From NCBI RefSeq assembly GCF_964213995.1, contig NC_135810.1, positions 12,152,001 through 12,216,000 of the forward strand: 64,000 nucleotides of DNA, in the 5' to 3' direction. This DNA is from Mustelus asterias (lineage: Eukaryota). The translations under genes and the position numbers were made by a program. The number at the start of each line of letters is the position of its first letter. Position 1 is the stretch's first letter. Below the pieces are notes generated by a model. It was given only the letters and a program-made list of their open reading frames with translations. It ran no database searches and was not told where the DNA came from. Shown one piece after another: positions 35,432-48,802 of this stretch.

Positions 35432-35735
35432 ATAGAATCACTACAGTGCAGAAGGAGGCCATTTGGCCCATCAAGTCTGCACTGACCCAATCCCACCCAG
35501 GCCCTATCCCCTTAACCCCATCTATTTACCCTGCTAGTCCCGATAACACTAAGTGGCAATTTAGCATGGCAAATCAACCTAACCTGCACATCTTTGGAGT
35601 GTGGGAGGAAACCGGAGCACCCCCCACGCAGACATGGGGAGAACGTGCAAACTCCACGCACACAGTGACCTGAGGCCGGAATTGAACCCGAGTCCCTGAC
35701 GCTGTGAGGCAGCAGTGCTAACCACCGTGCCACAC
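35432..35735 (-). mobile_element. HE1-like V-SINE, tail A
   Basis: V-domain plus CR1-type tail (CTACAGTGCAGAAGGAGGCCATTTGGCCCATC on the plus strand). Confidence 0.85.
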
Positions 35736-35911
35736 AAAGATACAGCATTCCTGTCAGGGAGGGGTAGGAAAGCTAAATTTTTGATATAGATATTGCAGTT
35801 TAAAAATGACAAACACTAATATAAACATTCAAAATAAACATGTGTCTAATAGTTTACATATTAAACAACTAGACTCCAACGATGAAAGTTTAAATAAAAC
35901 TGAACTCTTAC

Positions 35912-36034
35912 CACTGGCTCAACCAGTGACATTCTAATCTTCTGGTGCTGGATATTTGATGCATCCAAAGTGATTGTCACGGTTACCTTGTCAAACATGT
36001 TGAAGATTGTGTTTTCTACAGTTAAAGATGGGTT
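35912..36034 (-). CDS. DIS3: DIS3 exon 20
   Basis: NPSLTVENTIFNMFDKVTVTITLDASNIQHQKIRMSLVEPV; 123 nt; GT-AG. Confidence 0.95.
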
Positions 36035-36152
36035 CTGAAAAAGTAACAAAGATATTGGCTGTATATTCTAAACCTATACGCACAATTCAACCTACTATTT
36101 GGAAGATGCCACATATATCAGTTGTAAAAGAAATGGAAAGAAAGTTCTCTAC

Positions 36153-36311
36153 CTCTTCATTGTAGCGCAATTTTGGAGGTTGTTTGCCTTTCTCTTCAAA
36201 CAAGACAGTGCCCTCCAAACCAAACTTCGGAATAAGCACCACAATGGCATTCTTTTTCACAAACAGAATATAACCGACTTCATCAACAAATCCTTTGTTT
36301 TTAAAGAATAA
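36153..36311 (-). CDS. DIS3: DIS3 exon 19 (S1 domain)
   Basis: LFFKNKGFVDEVGYILFVKKNAIVVLIPKFGLEGTV...YNEE; 159 nt. Confidence 0.95.
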
Positions 36312-36817
36312 CTGCAATAACATCGGACAGAAAGAATTTAGAATCGAATGGCAAACACACAAAGGAAGTGTGAACAAACAAGCTGACTTGGTCTATTAAC
36401 TGAACGTTCAATAAAAATCACTTCCACTCAAAATCAAATTGTCGCTTCAAAAGATTGAAGGACTTTTTACTGTGTCTGTACAGCTGTAACATGCCAACAT
36501 AAGCCCTTTGATGGACATGTTCCACATATTACTAATTTAAACTACAACAGCCAAAAGCTTCATTGTGTAGTTATATTACAGTTTTTGTGATGATTTGGGA
36601 CGGATTGGAAGAAGAGAAAACAACAAGAAAAAAGTATTAACACTGAGACTTTGGTTAACCTGGTTGCAAAATATCTTTCTTACTAATAATCATCAGCAAA
36701 CTTACAATCATTGGAGTGAACATCTGAAGCTAAAAACAGCTTTTTCCATGAAGTTAAGCTTTTATGAGGAATGGAGTAATAACTGAAATATTCACAAATA
36801 AATATTTTGCTGTTTAC

Positions 36818-36986
36818 CTGAGTATGGAATGCCACAGAAGCTCGCTGGGAATACTGTGCCATTTTGTGACGATAGTTGAGATTATTACACAGAGCCTGTT
36901 GTTTGTGCTTGTCCATGATATCTGGGTAGGTAGTGTCAGCATTGATTGCCACAGCCAACAAACGATGTACTATTACATCAGAATAT
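36818..36986 (-). CDS. DIS3: DIS3 exon 18
   Basis: (R)YSDVIVHRLLAVAINAD...AQYSQRASVAFHTQ; 169 nt. Confidence 0.95.
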
Positions 36987-37204
36987 CTACAAAAAGGCAA
37001 GACCCAGACATCACAAGTGAGCAAATGATCAAAGTAATATCTATTACTATACAGGTAAAAAACAAAATGGTGAACTCTACAAATGCTCTAACAAAATATA
37101 CTGAATATTTGATCAGATCATATAATAAGATTGAAATTATATTTGACCTTAATAGTAAGAAATTAAATGCATCCAACTGTTACTCTGGCCATGAAGATTG
37201 TTTA

Positions 37205-37552
37205 GACCGGAATTCACTCCAGCGGGACCTTCTGGTCCCACCAACAACGCACTCCTGCCATGGGTTTCCCAGTGCCATAGGGTGGAATCAATGGGAAATT
37301 TGATAGCAGTGGGACCAGCAGATCCAGCCAGCGGCACACTGCAGCCCATTGTGAGAAAGACACGTGGGAAGGCCAGAGAATCCCGCCCTTATTTTTTAAA
37401 TTATGAAACTTCCATGTGGTCTATATAATTAAGTCAATTTGAGAGAGAAAAAAACTGGCTGGAATTTCCCAGTTCCACGCCGCTGATGTGAACGATTGAA
37501 GATTTCAATTACATGCTGCCCCTCTGCAGGGGGACTGAAAAATTCCAGCCAG
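37205..37552. mobile_element. Two short TIR elements (37205-37389 and 37455-37552)
   Basis: Ends CTGGCTGGAATTT / AAATTCCAGCCAG and GACCGGAATTC / GAGAATCCCGCCC. Confidence 0.55.
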
Positions 37553-37756
37553 CATCTCTATCAGAGACTTGTGTATGGAACTCCTTTTCAAGACCACATG
37601 AGAATTTCTCGCACAGCAAATGGTTAATTAATTGAGGTTACATAAAACACCCAAGCATCAGCGATGAGACCACCCTTCATCCAGGTGGAATGCCACGTGG
37701 ACATTCATTTTACTCATGTGCTAAAGACTTAAAAACACTTAATAGAAGATTCCCAC

Positions 37757-37971
37757 CTTCTGATTGGTGATGTGAAATGAGTATAGATAGGTGAAGCCAG
37801 ACCAAAGTGATGAAAATCAGTGTCCATTCCTGAGCAAAAGTAGACAGCCTGCATCATACAACGGGTTGTCAGGATTCGCAACAGTGTATTCAAATATGGG
37901 GAGTCAGGAACTTCAGCTTTGTCCAGAGAGTCTGCCAGGGCTTTGGCTGAATCAATTCGGACCTCTAAATT
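37757..37971 (-). CDS. DIS3: DIS3 exon 17
   Basis: NLEVRIDSAKALADSLD...GLASPIYTHFTSPIR(R), RNB signature; 215 nt. Confidence 0.96.
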
Positions 37972-38658
37972 CTGAGGAACAGAAAACAAATTAAGCACCC
38001 TCGGTATTTTGTTGAACCTTCAGTTTAGCTTTAAAAAAATGTTATACCCTAAGACATGTTAATTCTGTGTCCATTTAACATTTTGGTCCTCGCTGTACCT
38101 TTTGTCGGATTTCACTAAGCAGACTTTGTTCTAACCATCGCGTGAAAAAATGTGTTATAGGTTTTTGTGAATGATTTGATAGCTGGGATTCATGGTCTGG
38201 TGACCTGCCCAGTTTGATCAACAGATTTGTGAACTATTTTATAAGAAATTGCAAAAACTACACCAATTCATTTTTAAAATAATCTCTAAATATTTAAATT
38301 TTGTTCTGTGCTACTTCTCTATTAAAAACAATAGAATCCATAAAATGAACACACTTTAAAGTCCCCCCCCACCCCATCTCTTCACAACACTTACTAAAGG
38401 CTAACCACACAAAAACAATGTCAAAAACGATCTGAGATTTATTCAGTAACCATACGGGATTTCTTTACAGGTTAAATTATGTACTATTTCATTAAAAGTG
38501 CAGACTTTGCACAACTGAAGTAACTTTTTTTTAAACATTATTTACTCCGATTAACTTCAATAAATCAACATCCCACAGCACCACCTTATTTGAATCTTAT
38601 ACAATTAAGAGAACATTGCAATCAGCACACTGCCGTAAAGTGTGGCTTATTTACTCAC

Positions 38659-38815
38659 CTGGGATTTTGCTGCTTTGACAAGGATGTCATAGTTTGACGG
38701 TGGAGGTGCTGGGTGCTTTCTGAGTAATGCACACTCGGAAAACTCCTCATAAATTTTCTGTGCAACCGAGATATTAGCCAGCAACATGAACTCTTCTACC
38801 ATTGAATTTGTTTCT
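38659..38815 (-). CDS. DIS3: DIS3 exon 16
   Basis: [52 protein letters not shown]; 157 nt. Confidence 0.96.
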
Positions 38816-39204
38816 CTGTAAATGAAGATAGAACAATGTTACAAATGCTTTAACTAGGATTAAATGTCAGCTGTAGAACCTATCATACTGGGTAGTGATC
38901 TAGTAAGCCATTTCAAATGCTTCAGATTTTGCACGCACACTAACTATTGGCCATTAGTTGCCACATGGAAACAAAGAAATAACTAGCAATAAAGGAGGGA
39001 ACCAAAGAATTGACGTATAACCAACAGACCTGTATTAAAATATCACTGATATATAAAAAGTTTGCACTGCAGTATTCTGAATTACACCAAAATGATAGTG
39101 GTACAAGCTCTGAAGAATTGAGACTACATTTTTTTAAACAAATTAAATAATTCAACTAACAGTGGCTCAAAGCTGCAAATTCATTATAAAACAATTTGCA
39201 ATTA

Positions 39205-39595
39205 TATAACACCTTTCATGGCCTCAGGACATCACAAAGCATTTTACAGCCAATGAAGGAGTTGCTATTATAATGTAAGAAACACTTGAGCCAATTTGCA
39301 TGCAGAAAGCTTTCACAAACAGCAATGTGATAAAGGTCAGATAATCTGTTTATTAGGATGCTGATTGATGGATAAATATTGGCTGGGATACTCCAGATAA
39401 TTTTTCTGATGGCCTTCAAAATAATGTCATGGATTCTTTTTCGCCCACCTGAGATTGATGATGGGCCTCAGTTTAATGTTTTCTTTGAAAGGCAGCACCT
39501 CCGACAATGCAGCGAATCTAATGCACTGTGCGGGGACCGTCAGCCTAGATTTTTGTGCTCAAGTCCTGGAGGGAGACTTGAACCTAAAACACATT
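39205..39595 (-). mobile_element. DeuSINE (SacSINE1/AmnSINE-like); more decayed copies near 7120-7330 (+), 40570-40790 (-) and 59140-59260 (+)
   Basis: Recalled Deu-domain motifs CCTCAGTTTAATG...GAAAGGCAGCACCTCCGACAATGCAGC...CAGCCTAGATTTTTGTGCTCAAGTCCTGGAG...GACTTGAACC. Confidence 0.65.
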
Positions 39596-40003
39596 CTCAT
39601 TCAAATAATAAATGAAATGTTAAGAATAAACATGTTGTGATAGAGGAAACAGTTCAAGTCTTGAATGCTCTTTTCACTTTATATCCGAAAAACACCGGAT
39701 ATAATTAAAGTTTTAGTGCCTGTCATACAGAAGTACAAGGACAAAAACAAATTCTGTTCACATTATGGTTTGAAAATCAATTTTAGCACATCATTAAAAA
39801 TCATGTACTGTAATCACTGAATAAATTGCTCTAATGCATCATATCTCAAAATTAACTGGCTAAAAATAAATAAAATCTAAAACAGAATTCTATTTTTATC
39901 TGTATCTTTAGAGTTTGATTAGGCTTAACCCGTTACCATAAAGAAGCAAATAATTTTACAAAATTTTCAAAGCTACCCAATATTCAAATTCTGCAGCACT
40001 TAC

Positions 40004-40090
40004 TTTAATTCTTTGGTTTGCAGGTCGATAGGATCATGGGTTTCGCTGTCTATGTGGAACCGCACTTCAGGAGAAGACAGCGTGAGAGCA
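40004..40090 (-). CDS. DIS3: DIS3 exon 15
   Basis: ALTLSSPEVRFHIDSETHDPIDLQTKEL; 87 nt. Confidence 0.96.
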
Positions 40091-40869
40091 CTAAAAACAA
40101 GAACAGCTTTCAGCTCAACAACATTCAGATTCTCAGAGCAATCAAGGCTCAAGGTTCAAGAGTGTATCCAGCACTGAGTGAATTATCTAGACAGCCTCAG
40201 TAATGCTCAATATCCTTTCTCAAATGGCCCGATAATTTTCTGTACTATAGGCAAGCTAGCTTTCTGCCCATAAAGAGACCTGGCCTCAAAATGCACTGGG
40301 CCTCCCACCTGGATTATAAAACAAACTGCTGGCATGTGCTGCTACCTCCACTTGTGAGGGAAATCTATACCTATACATCTGAGAGACATTTACGGGATAA
40401 AAACTGATTTTTTTAAAAATTCACCGATACCAAGTCAGACATGCCAAAATTTTGAACACAAATTTAGATTTCAAGTGTACTCTAGTGCAAGACCAAGCTT
40501 GAATTTAAATACCTTTTGCTTAACATGATCAGAAAATTATGTATATGTTTCTAAAAAAAAAATGCTGATCATCTGTTTTTAACTAGTTTTAGTTGATTAA
40601 TTTGGTCAGGGCACTGAGACAACAGATCTGCTTTTCTTTGAATAGTGTCACAATATGTTACACACCATATGAGAGAGCAGACATAGACTCAGTTTTATGC
40701 CCAACATAATGTACTGAACTGGAGTAACATTTTTATTTCGTTCTCAATCCTGGAGTGGGACTTGAACCTATGACTCAGAAGCAAAAGTCCATATCAGAAA
40801 CAATCCTGGGTCATAGATTCCATTTTAGGAAGAAAAAGGTTTACATTGATAAAAGCTTCAAAATCTCAC

Positions 40870-40997
40870 CCATTGTCAATCCTCTTCTTTTTCAGAATCT
40901 TTGCCAGCTTATTTAGACGGCGAAGTCCTAACGTAACATCATCATTCATGCTTTCATCATCGATTCTCATCTGTGCTTCAGCATATGTAAGTGATGC
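40870..40997 (-). CDS. DIS3: DIS3 exon 14
   Basis: ASLTYAEAQMRIDDESMNDDVTLGLRRLNKLAKILKKKRIDN(G); 128 nt. Confidence 0.96.
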
Positions 40998-42307
40998 CTA
41001 TTACACAAATGTGCAAGCCCAAAAGAAACAGATAGAAGTACAAACGTCAAATTTGTACATAATTGCTTCCTGCAGCCTGCAGAATATGTCCTTAGGATTC
41101 AGAATGATGTTGCAATGTTATAACTAGCTAACTGTCAATTAACTACTCTTAATGAAAACCAATTATTTCTTCACTTAGTCTGCTTGGACAAACTATACTT
41201 TGCTTTAATATGTAGGGGCTAAGATTATCAGATGTTAAATTTCAAATCACATTAGAGCTGTGTTGATAGTTTTGTTGCTGATCTTTTTTATTAAATAGGA
41301 TAATGCTTCAAAAATATTAGATTCTGCCGTGATAACATTTGTATTCAAAAACTCATGTGACAGCGTTCCTTTACCACGCTCAATGTTCACAGCCTGCTTT
41401 CTAGCTCAAACACACAGCAAATAAATAACAGACTATTGCATCTAAATACATAATACAACAAAGCACAGAGGTGTCATAGAACAATACTACGGAATACTGT
41501 ACATATTGAGCACAACAATAGATACCAAGGTATGGTTAAAAGGCTGCAATCTAATCTTTCAGATTTTATTAGCAGTTCTATACTACAAAATTAAGTTCGT
41601 ACCATATAACTAAAAAAAGGCTTTTTAAAATATATATATACATTATAGAAAACATGGGGTTATTTAGTTTACTTCTGGTTGGGAAGGAGCTTTTCTCTGA
41701 ATCCGATGATTGCCAGAATAATTATGTCAATATTGAATAAGCAACATACAGAATGAAGGATATACCATGGCTGTGATATTCACAGTTGCAAATTTATCCA
41801 GCAATAACTGCCAACTGATTATCTGACATTTTTGAACCGTATATGTCACATGGTGTCTCATAAATCAAGATATTCAGGTAAGGTACTGGCAAGAAGTATA
41901 AAAGATTTTAATAAAAAACATTGAATGATGTGCGCAGTGGCATCAGACATATATCTAAGCTGATATGTCGTACAAAGTTTGTAATAATCAAGTTTATATA
42001 ACAGATTCCTTTTTTCACGTGTTAAAAAAAGGAACACAAAGGTTAAAATAGGTTAGGTTCAAAATTATTTGTGTTCATACAAATTTATTCCAAAGGAAAT
42101 TGAATATGAGCTATTGGACAAATGGAATTGTTCGTTATATTATATTTTAACTAAAGCTTCGCAGTCAGCCCTCAACATTCTCTTCATCTGCCCTGTTTTC
42201 AGTTTCCAGATATACAACCAAAATATTAAGCAAGCTACATCAAGGAATGTGGTGTGAATGAACAAAATTATTTTTCCTGGGTTCAAGGCATACAAATATT
42301 ACTTTAC

Positions 42308-42392
42308 CTTAGAATCAATAATACTTTTTGTAAACATGGTATGTAGGATTTCAGCATTGTGTGTCATTTCCCAAATGCAAGAAAATGCAAAC
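42308..42392 (-). CDS. DIS3: DIS3 exon 13
   Basis: FAFSCIWEMTHNAEILHTMFTKSIIDSK; 85 nt. Confidence 0.95.
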
Positions 42393-42685
42393 CTATAAAA
42401 TAATTGAACACGAGTTAAGTGATTGTCAAAATCTTCCAAGTTAAAAAAAGGAACTGACTTATCAAATTACTGTAAATTTAATATGTTGTTATCCTTAGTT
42501 TTAGGTTTAAAGGAGGTGACAACCTCTTCCCATTCTGTAGTGAATGTTTAATATCATCTAATTTACTTATTGTGAGCAAAGGGGTGGGATGGAAGGAGGA
42601 AGAAAGGACAATGTACTTGTCATTCAATCAGTACCTTTCATTGCTATAGTTAAGATTAAGAAACATGCACAGAAAACTAAGTTAC

Positions 42686-42750
42686 CTCTCCACGTTGGAT
42701 CGTAAGGAGCAAAGGTTAGAGCTGAGTAGTTCTGGAACCATGTCAATTCT
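42686..42750 (-). CDS. DIS3: DIS3 exon 12
   Basis: RIDMVPELLSSNLCSLRSNVE(R); 65 nt. Confidence 0.95.
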
Positions 42751-42972
42751 CTATTACAAATCAAAAATACCAGTATTATTGCTCTTGTGACATTCTCTTT
42801 TATTGTGCATGTACCGAAATTAAACAATACGTTCCCCAGAGCTACTAGTTTCTTGACCAAAACATATGCCTGCATTGTCATATTTAACATGTATGGTTAT
42901 GCACCAAACAAGTCCAATTAAATATAACGTTACAAAATTATTTGATTAAAATTAGAATTGTAGGATCTTTAC

Positions 42973-43074
42973 CTTGTCACAAAGATATACAGTGGTCCCT
43001 CGATTTGCTGACTCCTGATCCAGAGCATTACCAGGTCGGATGAAATGGCTTACATCAGCTATATGTACTCCAAC
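42973..43074 (-). CDS. DIS3: DIS3 exon 11
   Basis: [34 protein letters not shown]; 102 nt. Confidence 0.96.
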
Positions 43075-43271
43075 CTGTTTGGAACATTCAAATAATATTA
43101 TTCCTAAAGTGCACAGACAGCAAGCAAAATTTCATTCAAATTAAGGAATTAAACAAAATTATCATTCGTGATCATACATTGGACTGTAGAGCTAGAAACA
43201 TACAACCTCTGACCGTTACCAGAATTAGAACATGTTATGCTTTAGTTTACCATACAAACATGTCATAAACA

Positions 43272-43930
43272 TGGGCCAGAATTTTACGTACAAGGTTTGA
43301 GCATGTGCCTGACCCAGAAATTTCTAAAACCATGCGTGGGGACACATCCCGACTACATCAGGCACTCGCACAGTATTTCAGTCAGCGGGCAGGCATGAGT
43401 GTCGGAGGCGTGCCAGTCAACAATTAAGGACCCAATTTAAATTAATTAAAGCTAACTGACCAGACTTTTACGTTGCCTGTCTGCCTTTACAATTGATGAG
43501 CAGACTGATTGGCATGGCAGTCTATATATTTAAGCTGCAACCTCAATCCAGGGTGGGATGGACCGTCAGGGCACAAATAAAATGAACAAATTGTGTCTGG
43601 GGACTAAGGTCTATCTATGATTGTGCTGTCCAGTCACTTGGGGCATAGGTTTTCTGTCAATATTTATTTTTCACAGGTCAGATGCTCCTTGAGACAGCTC
43701 GCAGTGAGCTCACCTTGAGGAAGCACACTGCCCGTACCCTCCCTTTTCTCGGTGTCTGACCTCTTTCCACTCTCCCCAGCAGTGCTCAGCCTTTCACAGC
43801 ACACATTCCATGCTAGTTGTCTGTTGATTGGTCAGCCAATGTAAAATCGCGCTCCGGGGCCAACCGCCCATGGGAACTCGTTTTGCACCCGCTTCTGGAC
43901 ACGCTTTGTACATGCGAAAAATTCAGGCTA
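43272..43930. mobile_element. ~660-bp non-autonomous TIR element
   Basis: Ends TGGGCCAGAATTTTACG ... CGAAAAATTCAGGCTA; homolog at 34532-35425. Confidence 0.6.
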
Positions 43931-45164
43931 TTAACTAGTAGTGGAAGAGTGCAAAATTATTTGGAGCATTAAGAAACCTATTAACTGTCAGAAGTCCAGC
44001 TGTCTTCCCAACATTTCTCAGTAAATTATTTTGCCACAGCTTACAATTCAAAAGTTGTTCTGTTATCAGAAGTAGAAACAAAGTAAATTAAATCACAGCC
44101 AATACTCAGATTTGTTGACTGTTTAAACTTCCTAATTTAACAAATGGTTCCAATTTAACATTGGTGTAATTGGCAATTCAAGAATAAGCTACTTCATTTG
44201 CCAGTTCTGACAAAGATAGGGGCATGCGGGTTGTGTTGAGCCATCTGCCCCCTGTAAAATGCATTTCACTGCTCAACAACAAATCTTTATGATGCATATG
44301 TTACAGGAAAACCAATGTATTTTGATTAAATATTTTTATTACTTGGCAACCATGGTATTTTTAAATTGTTTTGCAGGGATTGAGTTTCACAAAACTGTCC
44401 ATTTTCCTCCTCCTGTATAAATATTTAGGCCTCATTGCAGACCCTTCTTGCTCTTTGATCCTAACTAATTTTCGGCAACATTAAACTGACAAGCTGCAAT
44501 GAAGGAATTGCTCGATGCCCACAACTTGTCTGAACCTAAAAAACAGCTCAGACCTTCCAAATGACACATTGGGCCGATGCCTCATCAATATTGTACCAAT
44601 TTTGGGCCCAACTTGAACATATACTTAAGGTACTTGAATGCAGGAACATTATGAAGTATAACAGGGGTTTCAGTGTTGCTTTTCACTGAGGGCAATGGCA
44701 CTGGGATGAGCTTTGGGTAGAGGTGTTGTGGGATATCTAACTCTTTTTTAGGCATCGTATTACATTACAAACTTCATTGAGCCCTTAATTGGGGAAATAA
44801 AATAGTTGACAATTGTTTTCAATAAAGCTTTTTAATAGTTTGATTGGCTTACTTTCAACTTTGCAAGAAAATTGCACATTACTAAATTTAAACTTTTGTA
44901 TCAGCCAATCAACTGCAAGAAATGTGGATGTTATTAACTTTTGCGAAGTTTGATGCTCACAGGGCAAGAATTGTCCAAAGAGGTATCATTTTTAATAAGA
45001 GGTGGGTAGACACCGAGCAAACCTGCTGGCAAGTTTGTGGCATAAAACTTCAGCAAAACCAGATAATATAACTTTAAAAACTGTTACTACAATCTCTTTC
45101 TCAGATGCAATCTAAATTTTTGTTTGTATCCAGATCCAAATGTATACTTTATATCAGATCTTAC

Positions 45165-45281
45165 CTCCAGATTTCCATTTTCTAACTCTCGACAATGCAG
45201 AGCATCATCAATATCTGTACATCCAGGAGGGTCCACACTGCAGATAGAGAGGTGTCTTAGGTCCATCCTCTTTTTCAAGTC
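45165..45281 (-). CDS. DIS3: DIS3 exon 10 (RNB catalytic motif)
   Basis: [39 protein letters not shown]; 117 nt. Confidence 0.97.
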
Positions 45282-45667
45282 CTGCAATAAAATGGAACAG
45301 TTATTTCATTAATGCATCACGTGAGTTATGCCTGCTCAGACAAAAACATCCATTTTAAATGTTGCTATTTGTCAATGATTTTTTTTTAAAATTGGCAAAC
45401 ACATACAAATGCAAAGTTCACTGTTAAAGTCTCATGAATTTGGTGAAATTTATCTATAACATCAACTCTGAAAAGTCATTAGACTACAGAGGTTGTGCCA
45501 AAGATGTTATTACTTCTTTATCTGAAAATTTACCTCGTGGGGTTAATGTCTGATTTTCTGCTCTTACGTTTTCCAAGAAGTAGAAAAGTACAGTAATATG
45601 AAAACTGTGGTACCCTGTACCTCAATATCCACTCAAGACTGATTGAATAATTTGATATTTACTATAC

Positions 45668-45814
45668 CTGTTCTGTGATTAGCCATGGCATCTTAGGTAG
45701 AAAACTAAGAACAGCCTGTGAGAAAGGCTGATGAGGGACGTCATGCTCCAGCAGGAGAACTTCAGTTTCTGTTTCTTTATCCCCAGCATTTCCGAGGCTT
45801 CTGACAAAGTGACC
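45668..45814 (-). CDS. DIS3: DIS3 exon 9
   Basis: [49 protein letters not shown]; 147 nt. Confidence 0.96.
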
Positions 45815-47326
45815 CTGAAAAATTCAAATGTAACACATCCAATTTGTGCTTACCTTGTTGCCTATTTTCCCCTTTCTTTCCACAAGATGACTACAAGATT
45901 GGAACTAGTTTTTATTTTCATATTTATCTCCTGCCATTCCACATTTTCAAACTGGAAATACCAAAATGGTTTCGGAGCGAAAAAAAAAGGCAATCTTGAA
46001 ATAACTGCCAATGCTAAAAATACGACGAGTCATCCAAAGTGAAGACGATTACTCAAATGTACTTTAAATCACAAAAAAGGCCAATTAGTTTGCTTTTGTC
46101 TTCCTTATAAATTGTCTTGCAAGTGAATTTTCAATTTGCATTGAGAATAAAGATGAGGCTAATAGAGTTAATCATTATTATAGAGTAAATTAGGTAGTGA
46201 CGTTCAGAGTACACACCTGTACAATTAAATGCAGAAATCTGGAAACTGCTGTCCAGGTTACCCTGCTCTTCCACAGACTGCATTATAACAGTATCTCCCC
46301 CATCGGCTCAACATTAAAATCCATACAAGGTTGTGAAATTAGGGTACTTTCCAATAAGCACCCAGGAAAATATTACGGCTGGTACAGTCAGGAGTATATA
46401 AATTTTTCTCAGTCTGTCAAAATTACTGTCACATGACCTACCTAGCATAGAAAATATAATTTTACCAATGTGGAGTCCCATTCCTTCAGAATTTAGTTAG
46501 TGTTGGGGACTTTTTTTCCACGTTTTTGCTTTGTATCTCTTACTCCCATCTTTTTCCCTGTCTTTATTTCACTTTCTGTAGATGACTTAAATCGAATTCC
46601 TAAATTAAACTGTCTCAATGAGGATTCTTCAATCTGATTGGCTCAAGACATCACAGACCCCCTGTAGAGGAAGTAACACTGGATCAGATGTCTAGGGATA
46701 GTGAGCCTCCACTCAAAGGTACGTAAACAACTTTGTGAGGTAGCTGAATGCATAGCAACAGCACTTGCCATTTACTTCGTCACTGACTACATAATCCGGT
46801 CCATAGGATTTCTCTCCTAAACCAATTGAAACTATCTACACATTGCTTTTTTAAACTTAGTTGCATATTCATTTTTTTCCACTGCTTTACCCAAATCAAC
46901 TCAAATTAAATTGCTTTTTGAGAATGAAGTAGAAAAGAGCATACTCCAGACCATCTACAATTAAATAGCTTTTCCAAGATTTGGGGGCAAAAGTTAATGA
47001 ATTATGTATATTTAGAAATTGTTCCAATAAACTTGCATTGATTACAATGTAGCTGTTGATTCTTTGCTGTGGAAGCCATCAGGTACCAATAACTGTTAGT
47101 TGTCTTTAATAGCTTTTGTGAGCAAGAAATAAAAAACTGAAAATAAACACCAGTATATACTATACTTAAAATGACAGATGCCCTTGAGTAATTTATTTCA
47201 ATCTTCAAACTCAGATATTGTCACAAACTATTTGAGTTTCCTTTTCAAATGTTATGTTGTTTGAATACTCTTGCTCATGATCTTTCCCAGGCAAATTTAA
47301 CAAGCATGTTTAATTGATATACTTAC

Positions 47327-47464
47327 ATTGGGATAGCGAGAATTTCTGGGCCAACCGTCAATTACAACAATTATTCTCTGGTTCTCAAGTGCAGAGGACT
47401 GCCGCGTTTCTATTCGAATCCTAGGAATCCTGCGGTCTGCTGGTGTGAACAAGTGTCTCGTTGA
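47327..47464 (-). CDS. DIS3: DIS3 exon 8
   Basis: STRHLFTPADRRIPRIRIETRQ...DGWPRNSRYPN; 138 nt; AAG acceptor. Confidence 0.95.
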
Positions 47465-47579
47465 CTTGAAATGCAGATAAAAACACAGATACCAGTAGTA
47501 CAAATACAAATTTTCATTTAAGAATCACTCATTACATTACTTAAAGGAAAGCAATATCTCTTTCCTATTATAAGCTCAC

Positions 47580-47693
47580 CTCTTTAATTTGTGACTTTGA
47601 AATCATGCCACAGTACGATCTCCAGTTTCTTTTAATTATCCCAACTACTTTTCCAGTTGGCTTTGAAAATTTTTTGGCTGTAATGTTCTTCAG
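47580..47693 (-). CDS. DIS3: DIS3 exon 7
   Basis: LKNITAKKFSKPTGKVVGIIKRNWRSYCGMISKSQIKE; 114 nt; AAG acceptor. Confidence 0.93.
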
Positions 47694-48215
47694 CTTAGAG
47701 AAAATTTTAAAAAGCATGTTATCAACTTTTATAAATGCATTCTTGATCTGAACAACATGATAACAGTTCAATCAAATTTCTCAATTTTTTTTGCATAACC
47801 ATTATTAATGCAGATGAACTTATCCTTCATTTTAAGTATACAAAAGCAGGTCACTTGCTATCTATATAGTGCCCTTGCATAAAATAATGTGCAGAAGTCA
47901 TGTAGCAAGGGGTGGATTATGAATAGTTAAATCTGATCTGGCTGAATATAAATCAGATGCCAATTGGTTTGTAGGTAACGGTAAGTACAATCAAAACAGA
48001 GCCTGCAGTCACGTTCTTCCACACTTTTTATCCTTTTAATACTTGGCAGCCAGCAAGATCATTGTTGCAGTTCCTGGCGTGATTAAGTCTATCGTTTTTA
48101 ACTTTCAAATACTGGAATGGAGAGTTTGGTGAAAATAATTTATTTTCATTACTGCATGGTTTTATTAATGAATATTTATGAAAACATTGTGCATGCACAG
48201 TATTAAATCTCTTAC

Positions 48216-48374
48216 AAGGTCTTCTTTTTCATCCTCTTCATCAGCCTCAACCTGTCCTTCATCCTGAAGTACAACAGCTGACGGTGCCACCCACTTCTCT
48301 TTGGGGAGCAATTCTACTGCCACTATATCTTCATGTACAGCACGATTGAGATTCTTCAGCCCTTGTACAAGGAC
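48216..48374 (-). CDS. DIS3: DIS3 exon 6
   Basis: VLVQGLKNLNRAVHEDIVAVELLPKEKWVAPSAVVLQDEG...EDL; 159 nt. Confidence 0.95.
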
Positions 48375-48802
48375 CTGTCAAATCACAAAAATAAATTCAA
48401 ACTTCATTTGTATTACCAAGATTCTGAAAACCACATTTTGTGATTCCCAATTAATTTATGCAGGACAAAAATTCTGCATAATTTAGAAAGGAAACAAAGC
48501 ATTATTGATACCCTGTGACCTCTCCAGTACAGAATGTTTGCGATCAAGTCATTTCTGGATTTTGGAATTTGCTGGATTATAGAATGACATTAGAATACCT
48601 AACCAGAAGTGTGTGACCTGGAAAACATTGTGGGTATGAATATTTACCAGAAATATAAAAATGGGATAAAACATCATAAAGCAATTATGAAAGTTGTTTT
48701 ACTTATCCAAATATAACATCATTTATGTTTCTGCTTCTACAATACTGTACTAAAATGCAAGTTTGAGTTCTTTGTTTCTGTTCAAAACATTTCCAGACAA
48801 CT

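Noticed and set aside
36764-37303. 179-aa plus-strand ORF antisense to DIS3 exon 18
   Set aside because: It joins antisense exon, intron and a MITE with no recognisable homology; most likely a shadow ORF
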